The position numbers and the translations under genes were made by a program. Source: an uncultured Eubacteriales bacterium (GTDB lineage: Bacteria; Bacillota; Clostridia; Oscillospirales; UBA644). From it: a DNA stretch of 64,000 nt. Under the pieces are notes generated by a model. It did no database searches, was not told where the DNA came from, and worked only from the letters and a program-made list of their open reading frames with translations. Numbering within the stretch: the first letter of the stretch is position 1; the number at the start of each line of letters is the position of its first letter. The stretch spans positions 9,778 through 73,777 of the forward strand of contig CAUHAO010000007.1 of assembly GCA_959604355.1 (NCBI GenBank), in the 5' to 3' direction. Positions 53,583 to 63,752 of this stretch are shown piece by piece.

Positions 53583-54431
53583 TTATTGTTTATATTGTGC
53601 TATGACCGCGCGATCTATTCCCGCGGCATCTTTTGCCGTACAAATATTTATAAATCCGTTCTGCCGGAATATTTCCTCAACGTCAGGGGATTGCCGTATA
53701 CCGCATTCCACGGCGATATATCCGTCTGGAAGAAGATTGCGCTTATACTTTTTCGCGATCGCCCGGTAAAACATCAACCCGTCGTCGCCGCCGTCAAGCG
53801 CGAGCATAGGCTCGTGAAGGACGTCCTTGGCGAGCGTTTTTGTGTTGCAGGTCGGGATATACGGAGGATTCGAAGCGATAACGTCAAATTTTCCGAGCGC
53901 ATCGGGCAAATCATTGAGTACGTCGTGGCAAATGACCTCAACAAGCGCGTCCGCTCCGAGCAAATGTGCGTTTTCTTTCGCGAGTTCGAGTGCATACGGT
54001 GAAATATCGGCGCACATCGCTTTAACATTTTTTTGGAGTGCCGCCGTAATGCCCACGCATCCGCTGCCGGTGCAAAGGTCGAGTAATCTGCCGCCTTCGG
54101 GTATGCGTTTGAGAACTTCATCAACGAGCGTTTCCGTGTCAAAGCGCGGAATGAGTACGTTTTCGCGAGTATGGAAAGTATAGCCGTAAAAATCAGTGCG
54201 TCCCGTTATATATTGCAAAGGCTCACCGTCAATGAGTCTGCCTGTAAGCGCGTCAAGCATCGACACCTGCGCTTCGGAGATCTTTATATCGCCGAGTAAA
54301 CGTTGCGTACGGACTTCGGAATACGGGGCACCGGTGACGAAAGATATGAGCTCTGTCAACTTCGCGTCAGGCTCACTTACGCCTTCCCGCAGAAGCCTTT
54401 GCTTATATTCGGAATAAAAGTCTTTCATCAT
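53583..54431 (-). CDS. prmC: Peptide chain release factor N5-glutamine methyltransferase
   Basis: SAM motif LDLCTGSG and NPPY (IASNPPYIP). Confidence 0.9.
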   Translation of the reverse strand: MMKDFYSEYKQRLLREGVSEPDAKLTELISFVTGAPYSEVRTQRLLGDIKISEAQVSMLDALTGRLIDGEPLQYITGRTDFYGYTFHTRENVLIPRFDTETLVDEVLKRIPEGGRLLDLCTGSGCVGITAALQKNVKAMCADISPYALELAKENAHLLGADALVEVICHDVLNDLPDALGKFDVIASNPPYIPTCNTKTLAKDVLHEPMLALDGGDDGLMFYRAIAKKYKRNLLPDGYIAVECGIRQSPDVEEIFRQNGFINICTAKDAAGIDRAVIAQYKQ

Positions 54432-55432
54432 TCCTTATACGCAGCGTCAGTGTCGATATTGTCGTTGCTGTCGCAAAGAGACGCTTTGAGTGCCGCTATT
54501 GCGACCTCGATTTGGCTGTCGTCGGGCTCTTTCGTCGTTATAAGCTGGAGTGCTTTACCGGGAGCGCTTATGATGCGCGTAAAGACGTTGTCATACTTAC
54601 CCGCGAGACGGATTAACTCAAAACTGATACCGGCGATAACGGGCAGAATCAGGATTTTAAGCAGCACATACACAAGCGTCTTGCCCTTCGGAAGGAACAT
54701 CGCAACAATTATACTCACTATCATGACTATCACGATAAAGCTCGTGCCGCAGCGGGGATGAAGTCTTGACTGGCGGCGGACGTTTTCGGGAATAAGATCC
54801 TCTCCCGCTTCAAAGCAGAATATCGTTTTATGTTCCGCGCCGTGATACTCAAACACGCGGCGTATCTCCCGCATACGCGATACGAGAAGTATGTAAACAA
54901 GGAATATCGCCATTTTCAGCACCCCTTCAAATATCGGGGACCAATATTTGCCGAAAGAGAACGAAAACAGAACTTCCAGACCGCGGCGTATTCCGACGGG
55001 CAGGAATATGAAAAGGCCAACACACAGCGCGACACCCAACACGACCGCAAGTATTATCGCGGAGGCTTTGAGAACTTCCGCCTTTTTAGACTCCTTTTCG
55101 GTAGCCGTCTCGCCTTCCTTTACCGCTTCCTCGGCGGCATCGTCGAGACCCGAAAGTTCCGCGGAACGTGTTATCGATGAAAATCCGGAAACAAGACTTT
55201 CGACGAACGACGCCATTCCCCTTAATATCGGTATGCGGAAAATCGGCAAACGGTTACGGATATCGAACCATTTTATTTCTTCTGTCACTATTTCCCCTTC
55301 GGGAGTTCTGACGGCGAGAACGGATTTTTTCGGAGAGCGCATCATTATGCCCTCCATTACCGCCTGCCCTCCTACATTTGCATATTTAGCCTTGCCCATT
55401 TGCAGAATTTCCTTTCTCTTGCTCATTTTCAT
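54428..55432 (-). CDS. DUF1385 family membrane protein
   Basis: GGQAVMEGIMMRSP signature, TM helices, and a conserved position upstream of prmC. The start is ambiguous (55432, 55426 or 55399). All options overlap the 3' end of the kinase gene. Confidence 0.75.
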   Translation of the reverse strand: MKMSKRKEILQMGKAKYANVGGQAVMEGIMMRSPKKSVLAVRTPEGEIVTEEIKWFDIRNRLPIFRIPILRGMASFVESLVSGFSSITRSAELSGLDDAAEEAVKEGETATEKESKKAEVLKASAIILAVVLGVALCVGLFIFLPVGIRRGLEVLFSFSFGKYWSPIFEGVLKMAIFLVYILLVSRMREIRRVFEYHGAEHKTIFCFEAGEDLIPENVRRQSRLHPRCGTSFIVIVMIVSIIVAMFLPKGKTLVYVLLKILILPVIAGISFELIRLAGKYDNVFTRIISAPGKALQLITTKEPDDSQIEVAIAALKASLCDSNDNIDTDAAYKE

Positions 55433-56840
55433 GCTCCGGTTCCGTATCCGAGGGAAGAGTCACGGCAACAGTCGTACCTTTACCCTCTTCGCTCTCGATA
55501 TTCAGAGAGCCTCCGTGAAGTTGGATTATCTCGTCGCAGACTGCAAGTCCTAGACCCGAGCCGGGTTTGGTGGATGACCCCTTGTAAAATTTTTCTTTTA
55601 TCTTCGGCAGATCTTCCGCCTTTATTCCGTGACCGTGGTCCGTGAAAAAGACAGTGTACATTCCTCCTGCGCACGCAAACGAAACGTTTATCGTGCTGTC
55701 CGGATCCGAATGTTTAACTGCGTTGTCTATGATATTGATAAATACCTGTTTTAATCTGTTTGCATCGCCGCGCACATACGTTGAAAATATCGGAGTGTCA
55801 TAGACGATATCGACGCCTGCGGCCGCCGCTTTGGGCGCATAGATATCGAAAGTTTCAAGAAATAGCGCAAACAGATCGACGCGCGACTTCGATATCGTGA
55901 ATCTGCCGCTCTGCATTTTAGTGTAGTCGAGAAGTTCCTCGACCATTTTTGAGAGCCTGTCCGTCTCTGTATCTATGATTTGCAACCCCTTTGCGATCGT
56001 ATCGGCGTCCGTCTCAGGGTCACATGAGGCTATTGTCTCATTCCAACCGCGGATAGCCGTAAGCGGCGTGCGAAGTTCGTGCGAAACGGAGGAAATAAAA
56101 TCGTTTTTAAGCCTGTCAATATTTGAAAGCTCCGCCGCCATGTTGTTTATCGCGTCGGAAAGATCGCCTATCTCGTCATCATGCTTTTTATCAAGACGTA
56201 TGCTGAAGTCTCCTTTGGCGATCCTGCTCGCGGTCTTCGTCACCTTATTGACAGGGCTGACGATCGACTGCATGAAGTAAAAACCGGATACAAAAACGAA
56301 AAGAGCTATAAGAACACCTGCTACAACAGATGTTATTATATAAAACATCTGCCGTGAATGGATTTTTTCAAGTGAGACAGTAAACCTCAGAGCTCCGTAG
56401 ATCTTGCCTGCAGAATCTCTGAGAGGAACCGTCTTTGCCATAAGGCGTATACCCGTATCGGAATCGACATACGTTTTGGTCGTCTGGGACTCGGGAACTG
56501 ACTCAAGAGTACCGCCGAACGAGCCCTCGGACGAGCGTACAAGACGGGTCTCTGTATCGAATATTTCTGTTTTTACTGTATTTTCCCCTTGTGTGATATC
56601 GTTGAAAAGCGTCTCGGCAGCGGCATAGATATCATACCCACTCTCGACGATGATACTTGAAAAGCTCTTTATCCCCACATCTGTCTTGCGATCGAGATAC
56701 GACGTTGCGGGAGCCTCGGAATTACTGTTTATATATGTAATAAGAATGATTTCCAATACTATAAGGAAGAAAAGAATCACCGAAAAGACAGAGAAAAACC
56801 AGCGGGAAGTGATTGAGTTCATTTTCCGCTTCAATTCCAT
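55386..56840 (-). CDS. Sensor histidine kinase (2 TM, periplasmic-type domain, HAMP, HisKA, HATPase)
   Basis: H-box SSVSHELRTPLTAIRGW, N-box IDNAVKHS, and G-boxes DHGHGI/GSGLGLAV. Confidence 0.88.
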   Translation of the reverse strand: MELKRKMNSITSRWFFSVFSVILFFLIVLEIILITYINSNSEAPATSYLDRKTDVGIKSFSSIIVESGYDIYAAAETLFNDITQGENTVKTEIFDTETRLVRSSEGSFGGTLESVPESQTTKTYVDSDTGIRLMAKTVPLRDSAGKIYGALRFTVSLEKIHSRQMFYIITSVVAGVLIALFVFVSGFYFMQSIVSPVNKVTKTASRIAKGDFSIRLDKKHDDEIGDLSDAINNMAAELSNIDRLKNDFISSVSHELRTPLTAIRGWNETIASCDPETDADTIAKGLQIIDTETDRLSKMVEELLDYTKMQSGRFTISKSRVDLFALFLETFDIYAPKAAAAGVDIVYDTPIFSTYVRGDANRLKQVFINIIDNAVKHSDPDSTINVSFACAGGMYTVFFTDHGHGIKAEDLPKIKEKFYKGSSTKPGSGLGLAVCDEIIQLHGGSLNIESEEGKGTTVAVTLPSDTEPEHENEQEKGNSANGQG

Positions 56841-56873
56841 GTTTTTCCCTCCTTTCGGGCATTTAGGAACACG

Positions 56874-57566
56874 TCAGATCATGAATCTGTATCCCGCGCC
56901 CCACTCTGTCAGCAAATACTTGGGTTTTGAAGGCTCGTCCTCGATCTTCATACGCAGGCGGCGGATATTGACATTTACGATATCCGTATCGCCGTTGAAA
57001 TCATATCCCCAGATTGAAGTGAGGAGGTCGTCTCTGGAAATAAGGACGTTCGGATTTTCAATAAAATATTTGAGGATGTTATACTCAATGGGAGTAAGGA
57101 CGAGAGCTTTGCCGTTCTTTTTTATCATACGGTTTGCAGTATCGACTGTAAACACGGGGTCTGCGGGCTTCGCCGCCTCGGGCTCCGTGGGTGTCGCAGC
57201 GGAGATTCGACGGTAGAGGGCATCAACCTTTGCGACAAGCACCGAAGGGCTTATCGGCTTTTTGATATAGTCGTCGGCGCCCGACATGAACCCTGACAGA
57301 ACGTCTTCATCGAGGTCCTTTGCAGAAAGCATTATTATACCCATTGTCTTATTCTGCGCACGAAGTTTGCGGCACACTTCAAATCCGTCAATATCCGGAA
57401 GCATAACATCAAGCACCGCCAGAGTTATACCCGGATTCTCCGCAAAAACGGAAAGAGCTTCATTTCCCGTGCAGGCATCAAAGACCTCGTACCCTGCGCG
57501 CTTGAAATTGAAGCATATGAATTCGCGGATCGAAGTTTCGTCTTCAAGAATAAGAATTTTTTTCAT
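56874..57566 (-). CDS. OmpR-family response regulator
   Basis: Receiver domain (LAVLDVMLPDIDG) and winged-helix domain (WGAGYRF). Confidence 0.9.
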   Translation of the reverse strand: MKKILILEDETSIREFICFNFKRAGYEVFDACTGNEALSVFAENPGITLAVLDVMLPDIDGFEVCRKLRAQNKTMGIIMLSAKDLDEDVLSGFMSGADDYIKKPISPSVLVAKVDALYRRISAATPTEPEAAKPADPVFTVDTANRMIKKNGKALVLTPIEYNILKYFIENPNVLISRDDLLTSIWGYDFNGDTDIVNVNIRRLRMKIEDEPSKPKYLLTEWGAGYRFMI

Positions 57567-57581
57567 CGCAGCTCTCCGTTT

Positions 57582-59006
57582 TTATTTAATATTGTCGCCG
57601 TTGATTATGCTTGTACAGATGAGGCAGGAACGGAGCTCATCGTTCGTCGGCAGAAGTGCCTTTTCCTCGTCGCTGAGTCCGTCGGAAATCCTCATTATAA
57701 AATATGAATACGAGTTTTTACCGAGGATATAGCAGTTTTCCTCAGGTGTTGACGCCGCAGAAACTGTAAACAGCAGGGTCTGAGTCACCGTGGGAATGAG
57801 CGTGACAGGATCCGCTGTCATTCTCTCGTAATAAAACAGCAATTCACCGCGGCTGTTGCGGTAAACTCGGATATTCTCAAATTTTGAAGGATCCGATACA
57901 AGAAAAACGTAATTTTCCTTTTCGTTTATGTAACCGGTATACTTTTGCTCAAGTTTTCCGTCCATGAGTGTGTACCAATTATATAAATATATCGGCAGGT
58001 CTTTGTTTCTCGACCTGTTGGCTATTATGGTCGCCTCGTCGAAATTACGGCACATCGGGATCTCCGTAACACCGTCACCGTCAATATCGCTCGGCAGATA
58101 CCGTCCGAGAGTACAATATTCGTCGCTTATTCCGCTCACGACCGTTGAGCTTTCGTAGCCGCCGTAGCGTGATATGTTGACCATCGACGCTATCGAGCGG
58201 TTCCATAAAAGAATTTCATCGGACATGAGCAGCGAGCTGTGCGGATATGACACGACGACGTAATTCTTGCCGTCCGACCCGACCGCCGGAGTAAGTCGGC
58301 AGAATCCTCTGTCATATGCGAGCCAGTCGTATGCGCCGACATATTCTTTGATGGACGGGTCGCGTGTTCCTGCGCATTTTATCAGACGTGCGTAAGAATA
58401 CGCGCGGAAGGTATCGGTATAGACATAAACAATATCGTCCATGCCGTTTGCATCAATGTCAACCACGGTCCAATCGGTATATGTACGCTCTATTACGGTT
58501 GATGCCTGCGAGGATTCCATATCTATGGAATACACGCACATAACAAGGGATCTGTCATTCGGCTGAACGAATCCGACGATCATTTCAAGGCAATCCCTGC
58601 CGTCGAGATTCGCAAAAGAGATTTTATCCAGTTCCGTGCCGACACCGTTGATCCTTATGACTTTATCGGTACCGTCCTCATATGTTTTCATTATGAGTAT
58701 ATCGACCGCATCCTTAACGTCGGAGACGGAAGACGCGCTTTTACAGGCGACGAAGACCTCATCCTCGCCGTCGCCGTCAATATCTATGAAATTTACGGGG
58801 TTCTGATATGCCCCTCCGTTTGCGTATACAAGCTCTGCATCCGCGGAAACGATCTCGGAGATCTTCTGCCTGACCTTCTGCTCCCGTACAGTGACAGGTG
58901 GTGCGGAAAGCTGATCTTCAAGATCACCCGAAAACTGATCGCATCCGGAGAGGATAGCAAAAAGCAGTAAAAACGCCGAGAGGATCAGTACGGATCTGAA
59001 CTTCAT
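57582..59006 (-). CDS. Lipoprotein with FG-GAP/VCBS-like Ca-binding repeats
   Basis: Signal peptide with lipobox (LLLFAILSGC). Three DxDxDG-type motifs (DIDGDGEDEVF, DIDANGMDDIVY, DIDGDGVTEIP). It lies 15 nt upstream of the response-regulator gene. Confidence 0.6.
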   Translation of the reverse strand: MKFRSVLILSAFLLLFAILSGCDQFSGDLEDQLSAPPVTVREQKVRQKISEIVSADAELVYANGGAYQNPVNFIDIDGDGEDEVFVACKSASSVSDVKDAVDILIMKTYEDGTDKVIRINGVGTELDKISFANLDGRDCLEMIVGFVQPNDRSLVMCVYSIDMESSQASTVIERTYTDWTVVDIDANGMDDIVYVYTDTFRAYSYARLIKCAGTRDPSIKEYVGAYDWLAYDRGFCRLTPAVGSDGKNYVVVSYPHSSLLMSDEILLWNRSIASMVNISRYGGYESSTVVSGISDEYCTLGRYLPSDIDGDGVTEIPMCRNFDEATIIANRSRNKDLPIYLYNWYTLMDGKLEQKYTGYINEKENYVFLVSDPSKFENIRVYRNSRGELLFYYERMTADPVTLIPTVTQTLLFTVSAASTPEENCYILGKNSYSYFIMRISDGLSDEEKALLPTNDELRSCLICTSIINGDNIK

Positions 59007-59027
59007 ATTCCTCCGGCACCGAATGAA

Positions 59028-60680
59028 TTATTCGGCGGAAATTATATAATAGTAGACAGGCTGGCCTCCGTTGACAAACGATATCTCGGCGTCACCTATT
59101 CTGGGCTTGATGAATTCGCTCATTTTCGTCGCCTCATCTTCGGAAACGTCCTCACCGTAAAACACTGTTATGTAGGACGCATCTGTCATTTCCGAGACGA
59201 GATTTTCCATACATTCCTCTTTTGTATCGCAAACATAGCGTACGTCGTTCTCGACCATTCCGAGCATCTGGCCTTCTTTGATGACCTTGTCGGAGTAGAC
59301 GGAGTCTCTTGCGGCAAAGGTCATTTTCGCGGTGCGCACGGATTTGACCGCGTCAATCATGACCTCCGTATTCTGCTCGACGTCAAGTTCCTCGTTGAAC
59401 GCAAGGACAGCCGAAATTCCCTGAGGCACGGATGTGGTTCGGATAACGATGACTTTTTTATCCGTAACAAGCCCCTCTGCCTGCTTTGCCGCCATGTATA
59501 TATTCTTGTTGTTGGGCAGAACGTAAACGATTTCCGCGGGAGTTTCGTCCACAGCCGCGATGATGTCGTCAGTGCTGGGGTTCATCGTCTGACCGCCTTC
59601 GACTATGCAGTCAACGCCGATATCTCTGAATACGGAAACAAGCCCCGCACCCGCAGCAACAGAAACAAAACCGTATCTCTTCTCGGGGACGCGTTTTACG
59701 TGTTTCGGCTCTTCGGGAGCGACCTCGGCGTTCTGTTTTGCAACGAGGTTTGTGTGTTGATTCTTCATGTTTTCGACCTTGACCGTTGCAAGAGAACCGC
59801 ATGTGACGGCGGAGGAAAGAACTCTTCCAGGGTCATTGGTATGAACGTGCACTTTAATTATTCCCGCTTCAGCGTCATTGACGAACACCTGAGAGTCACC
59901 TATGCCCATGACAAGGCTTTCAAAAGCCTCAAGTGCCGAAGGCTGCACGTCGGGAGCCTTATCGACGATACATTCGGTACAGTACTGGAATTTTATATCT
60001 TTGGTGTCAAACTGGTCAAATGTTGCGCCCTGAGTATCGGAATCCGCGTTTTCTTCGGCGGGAACGATCTCTTCTTTGTTAAGATAATAAACTATGCCTG
60101 AGAATATCGAAACGATACCTCTGCCGCCTGCGTCAACGACGTTCGCCTGTTTGAGTACGGGTAGCATTTCGGGAGTCTGCGCAAGAGTTTCTTTCGCCTG
60201 AGAAAGTATTTCCATGAAGAATTCCGGCATTTCCGTTGTCTTTGCGGCTATCTGCTCCGCCCTTGTAGCACACATTCTCACAACGGTGAGGATGGTGCCT
60301 TCCGTAGGATGACGAACCGCCTTGTAAGCGGACTCTACGCCCATTTTGAGAGCTGCCGCAATCTCCGCGGTATTTGCTTCTTTTTTGCCCTTGAGCCCCT
60401 TCGCCACTCCTCTGAAAAACAAAGAGAGTATGACACCGGAGTTACCTCTTCCGCCTCTGAGCAAAGAGTTTGCGACGAGATCCGCACATGATGTGAGATC
60501 TCCCGAATAATCCGCAAGTGCTTTCTTTGCCGACTGCATTGTCAGGCTCATGTTTATGCCCGTGTCTCCGTCCGGTACGGGAAAAACGTTGAGGCTGTTT
60601 ATCTTTTCTTTTTCGTTTGCGATATTGTTTGCGGCGGAGATCATCATATCGCGGTAAATTTTTCCGTTTATGGTTTGCAT
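59028..60680 (-). CDS. DAK2 domain-containing protein (YloV family)
   Basis: The N-terminal sequence LNVFPVPDGDTGINMSLTM is typical of the DAK2/YloV family. 550 aa. It follows an Asp23-family gene as in yloU-yloV. Confidence 0.85.
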   Translation of the reverse strand: MQTINGKIYRDMMISAANNIANEKEKINSLNVFPVPDGDTGINMSLTMQSAKKALADYSGDLTSCADLVANSLLRGGRGNSGVILSLFFRGVAKGLKGKKEANTAEIAAALKMGVESAYKAVRHPTEGTILTVVRMCATRAEQIAAKTTEMPEFFMEILSQAKETLAQTPEMLPVLKQANVVDAGGRGIVSIFSGIVYYLNKEEIVPAEENADSDTQGATFDQFDTKDIKFQYCTECIVDKAPDVQPSALEAFESLVMGIGDSQVFVNDAEAGIIKVHVHTNDPGRVLSSAVTCGSLATVKVENMKNQHTNLVAKQNAEVAPEEPKHVKRVPEKRYGFVSVAAGAGLVSVFRDIGVDCIVEGGQTMNPSTDDIIAAVDETPAEIVYVLPNNKNIYMAAKQAEGLVTDKKVIVIRTTSVPQGISAVLAFNEELDVEQNTEVMIDAVKSVRTAKMTFAARDSVYSDKVIKEGQMLGMVENDVRYVCDTKEECMENLVSEMTDASYITVFYGEDVSEDEATKMSEFIKPRIGDAEISFVNGGQPVYYYIISAE

Positions 60681-60763
60681 AAGTTTAAAGTCTTCCTTTA
60701 CTGATCGCGCATTACCGTCCGAAAAAACAGAGGGCGGTATGTCCGCGTATTTTTCGGATGGGT

Positions 60764-61114
60764 TTATTTGGTATTTATCGCGTCAACAAAGACGCAAACC
60801 TTCTTTACCTTGAACCCTGTGCTTTCTTCAAGGCTGTATGTTATTTTATGAACGATGCTTTCCGTTATGGCCGGAATGTTGATACCGTAAACGACCATTA
60901 TATGAAGGTCGACGGTTATCTCATTGCCCGTACATTTGACGGAAATTCCCTTATCGTGACTGTCACGTTTAAAAAGATTCCAGAATTCTTCCGAAACATT
61001 TTTCGCAGTCATTCCCGTTATACCGAAACAGTTTCCCGCGGTTATTGAGACGATGTTCGCAACAGCGTTGTCATCAAGAGCTATCAAGCCTTGTTCGTTC
61101 TCTATTTTCAGCAT
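60764..61114 (-). CDS. Asp23/Gls24 family envelope stress protein (YloU-like)
   Basis: 116 aa. The pattern ALDDNAVANIVSITAGNCFGITGM fits. GGAGG lies before the ATG. Confidence 0.8.
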   Translation of the reverse strand: MLKIENEQGLIALDDNAVANIVSITAGNCFGITGMTAKNVSEEFWNLFKRDSHDKGISVKCTGNEITVDLHIMVVYGINIPAITESIVHKITYSLEESTGFKVKKVCVFVDAINTK

Positions 61115-61248
61115 TAATCTTCCTCCTTGACAGAGATTTTTTCACACTTATGCTTATAAAGCAATGAATCATATATACTATACACCAATTTTTATGACAT
61201 TACAATACTTTTTGCTAAAAATTCGTTATTTATTACGAAAACTCTGCA

Positions 61249-61280
61249 AAAAAATAAAAATCCCCGTCTGGTGACGGGGA
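61249..61280 (-). terminator. Terminator after the M14 peptidase gene
   Basis: The minus strand reads tccccgtc-acca-gacgggga followed by TTTTTATTTTTTT. Confidence 0.8.
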
Positions 61281-61286
61281 AAAAAG

Positions 61287-62579
61287 CTATTCGGCAGCGG
61301 CAATCGCGGCGGTCGTAAGGATTCCGACATTGTCACTGTATATCTCCGGAAACTGTGACAGGGGCAGAGGATTGGTACCCTTTCCTACCTCGACAGTATA
61401 CCCGGGACGGCGATACTTGAGGATAAACCAGTCCTTGTAGCCGGCATATCCCGACTCCGCAGGAGTAGTTTCGAGGCTGTACCCGCTGACATCGGCAAGG
61501 CGCTGTCCTATCTCGAAGGCGCGCGGTACGTCATAGTTGAGATACTTCCAATAGATGATCTCACCCTGAGCGTGGTACGACAAAGTAAGCGCAAAATCAT
61601 GCTTACACGTGAATTCCGCTACCGCACTGCTTTCCGGCTCGGAGAGAGGCGACGCGCCGACGTAGTCTCTCGGCGCAGGTCTGTTGTATCCCTGAGCGAA
61701 TTTTATTGCCTTTGCCTCTTCCCAGCCCGCGGGATAATTCAGATTCAGATCCGTGCCGCGGATATTCGCTTTCCAGCCGGAAGGGAACGGGATATTAGGA
61801 AATGATGCGGCTATAGTCTGCGCAGCTCTGTAAGAAGTCGTATTGGGACCTGTCGCGCCCGTAACGAGATCCACCCCGTCGGGGTTGACCATCGGAACGA
61901 TATATATTGCTGCGGTAGAGTACAGATCCTGCGCGGAAACGCCCCCGATCATACCTCCGTTGACATACGCGCGGCTGTAATCCTCTATAAATTTCATCAT
62001 CACAACACTCGTTATCCATTCGTTTGCGTGATGTGATGCGTTATAGAACACCTCCGTGCAAGCAGACGGAGAGCCGATGCGGATATAAGGTATATCCTTG
62101 CCGTCTATGCTTCTGCCGATACTGCCCGTTTCAAGAAACGGATACCGCTTTTTGAGAGACGCAATATTGCAGTACATTATCTGCGAGGAATAATTGACAT
62201 TCGTCGGCACTATCGCTCCCCCAACTGGGATTATGATCGTCTGCCCGATCTGAAGGTTGAGCGGATCGACGCCCGGGTTTGCAGCCTCGATGGCGCTGAC
62301 GGTTGTCGAAAAGCGTTTTGCCAACGCCCAGAAGGTGTCACCTTCTCTTACTGTGTATTCTATATACCCATCGATATATGGCATCAGCGCCGCCCATGTC
62401 TTCGGCCCGACTATTCCGTCGACGTCGAGGCCCACAGCTTTCTGGAACCGCTTTACAGCGTTTTCCGTTCTCGGCCCAAATATGCCGTCAACCTTTCCTA
62501 CGGCGAAACCGAGCTTCGCAAGCGTGCTTTGCAGGAGCATCACTTCGACGCCCCGAGAACCTTTTCTTAAAGTCAGCAT
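61287..62579 (-). CDS. M14-family peptidoglycan peptidase (PG-binding-1, LysM and zinc carboxypeptidase domains; gamma-D-Glu-meso-DAP peptidase-like)
   Basis: PGBD1 (GSRGVEVMLLQSTLAKLGF...DGIFGPRTENAVKRFQ), LysM (YTVREGDTFWALAKRFSTTVSAIEAAN), and M14 zinc motif HHANEW. Confidence 0.8.
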   Translation of the reverse strand: MLTLRKGSRGVEVMLLQSTLAKLGFAVGKVDGIFGPRTENAVKRFQKAVGLDVDGIVGPKTWAALMPYIDGYIEYTVREGDTFWALAKRFSTTVSAIEAANPGVDPLNLQIGQTIIIPVGGAIVPTNVNYSSQIMYCNIASLKKRYPFLETGSIGRSIDGKDIPYIRIGSPSACTEVFYNASHHANEWITSVVMMKFIEDYSRAYVNGGMIGGVSAQDLYSTAAIYIVPMVNPDGVDLVTGATGPNTTSYRAAQTIAASFPNIPFPSGWKANIRGTDLNLNYPAGWEEAKAIKFAQGYNRPAPRDYVGASPLSEPESSAVAEFTCKHDFALTLSYHAQGEIIYWKYLNYDVPRAFEIGQRLADVSGYSLETTPAESGYAGYKDWFILKYRRPGYTVEVGKGTNPLPLSQFPEIYSDNVGILTTAAIAAAE

Positions 62580-62666
62580 TATGTATTTCCCTCCGTTGAT
62601 TATTCAATACCATCATATGCACGGAGTGCGAAAATGACAAATCCGCCCGGATCCGGGCGGAGGGCT

Positions 62667-63728
62667 TTATTCTATTGCGGCGATACCGCTCGCCATGACC
62701 ATACGGCGCAGCGCAGGCCAATACATAAAGGGGCATTTGAGAAGTTTCGCAGTGAGCCTGAGCTTCAGAGAAAGCGTTTTCAAGGCGTAAGGGTATCTTA
62801 TTTTTGTAAAGTCAAGACACTTAACATCGTTGAAAACATCAGCCAGAGACGAGCCTGTTATCATTGCCGAAGATATTCCCTCAAGCGAACTCGGAGATAT
62901 GAAACCCGCGGCCTCTCCGACATAAAAAACGCCGTCCTCCCCGATATCGAAACTCGAAAATCCCTTAGGGCGAAGCACGATACATGCATCCGTCCGCAAC
63001 GGGTCGCCGAAGGTGAAGCCGTGCGCCGAAAGCACCTCTTTTTGCCTCTCGAAAAGGGCTCGGCAATCCTTCTTCGGATACGCTCCGCCGAAGATGTAGA
63101 CTCCGTCCTTATGAAGTCCCCAGCTGTAACAGTCTGTTGCCTTACAGTCAAAGATGCATGAATAAAACGAATCTTCTGTACAGGCGCGGAAGTATTGTTG
63201 CAGAGAGACATATTCACGGGTGTTAAGAGGCTTCCCGACAGCTCTGCGCACGGCGCTGTTTGCCCCGTCCGCGCCTATTACGCATCTCGCGCGGAGGACA
63301 TGTTCTTGCCCGCCGCGTAAAAACGAGACTTCGAAAACTCCGCCGTCACGCCTTTTGACGGAAACGACGCGGGAGTTCTCAAAAAGGGTGCATTTCTCCT
63401 CCGCAAGGCCTCTGAGCCACATGTCAAATGCGTGCCTGTCGATATTTACATACTTTCTGCCGTAACGGCGCACGATACCCGACTGAACGTCAAGCGTGCG
63501 CACCGAAAACAACTGAGGTGAAACGAGGACATCCTCGGGCAGTGTTAGCCCGGATTTTCTTAGAACATTCTGCGCGTCGGGAGAAAGCAGCCCGCCGCAA
63601 GGCTTGCGAAAGCCGTCTGCGTCCCCCTTGAGATCTATCATTGCGACATTTAACGAGCCGTTGAGCTTCATTGCAAGCATCGACCCCGCAGGGCCTCCGC
63701 CTACGATCGCTATATCGAAAATGTCCAT
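62667..63728 (-). CDS. FAD-dependent oxidoreductase (geranylgeranyl-reductase-like family)
   Basis: N-terminal dinucleotide fold FDIAIVGGGPAGSMLA. 353 aa. Confidence 0.7.
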   Translation of the reverse strand: MDIFDIAIVGGGPAGSMLAMKLNGSLNVAMIDLKGDADGFRKPCGGLLSPDAQNVLRKSGLTLPEDVLVSPQLFSVRTLDVQSGIVRRYGRKYVNIDRHAFDMWLRGLAEEKCTLFENSRVVSVKRRDGGVFEVSFLRGGQEHVLRARCVIGADGANSAVRRAVGKPLNTREYVSLQQYFRACTEDSFYSCIFDCKATDCYSWGLHKDGVYIFGGAYPKKDCRALFERQKEVLSAHGFTFGDPLRTDACIVLRPKGFSSFDIGEDGVFYVGEAAGFISPSSLEGISSAMITGSSLADVFNDVKCLDFTKIRYPYALKTLSLKLRLTAKLLKCPFMYWPALRRMVMASGIAAIE

Positions 63729-63752
63729 CTGCAGGCCCCCGTTCCGGATATT

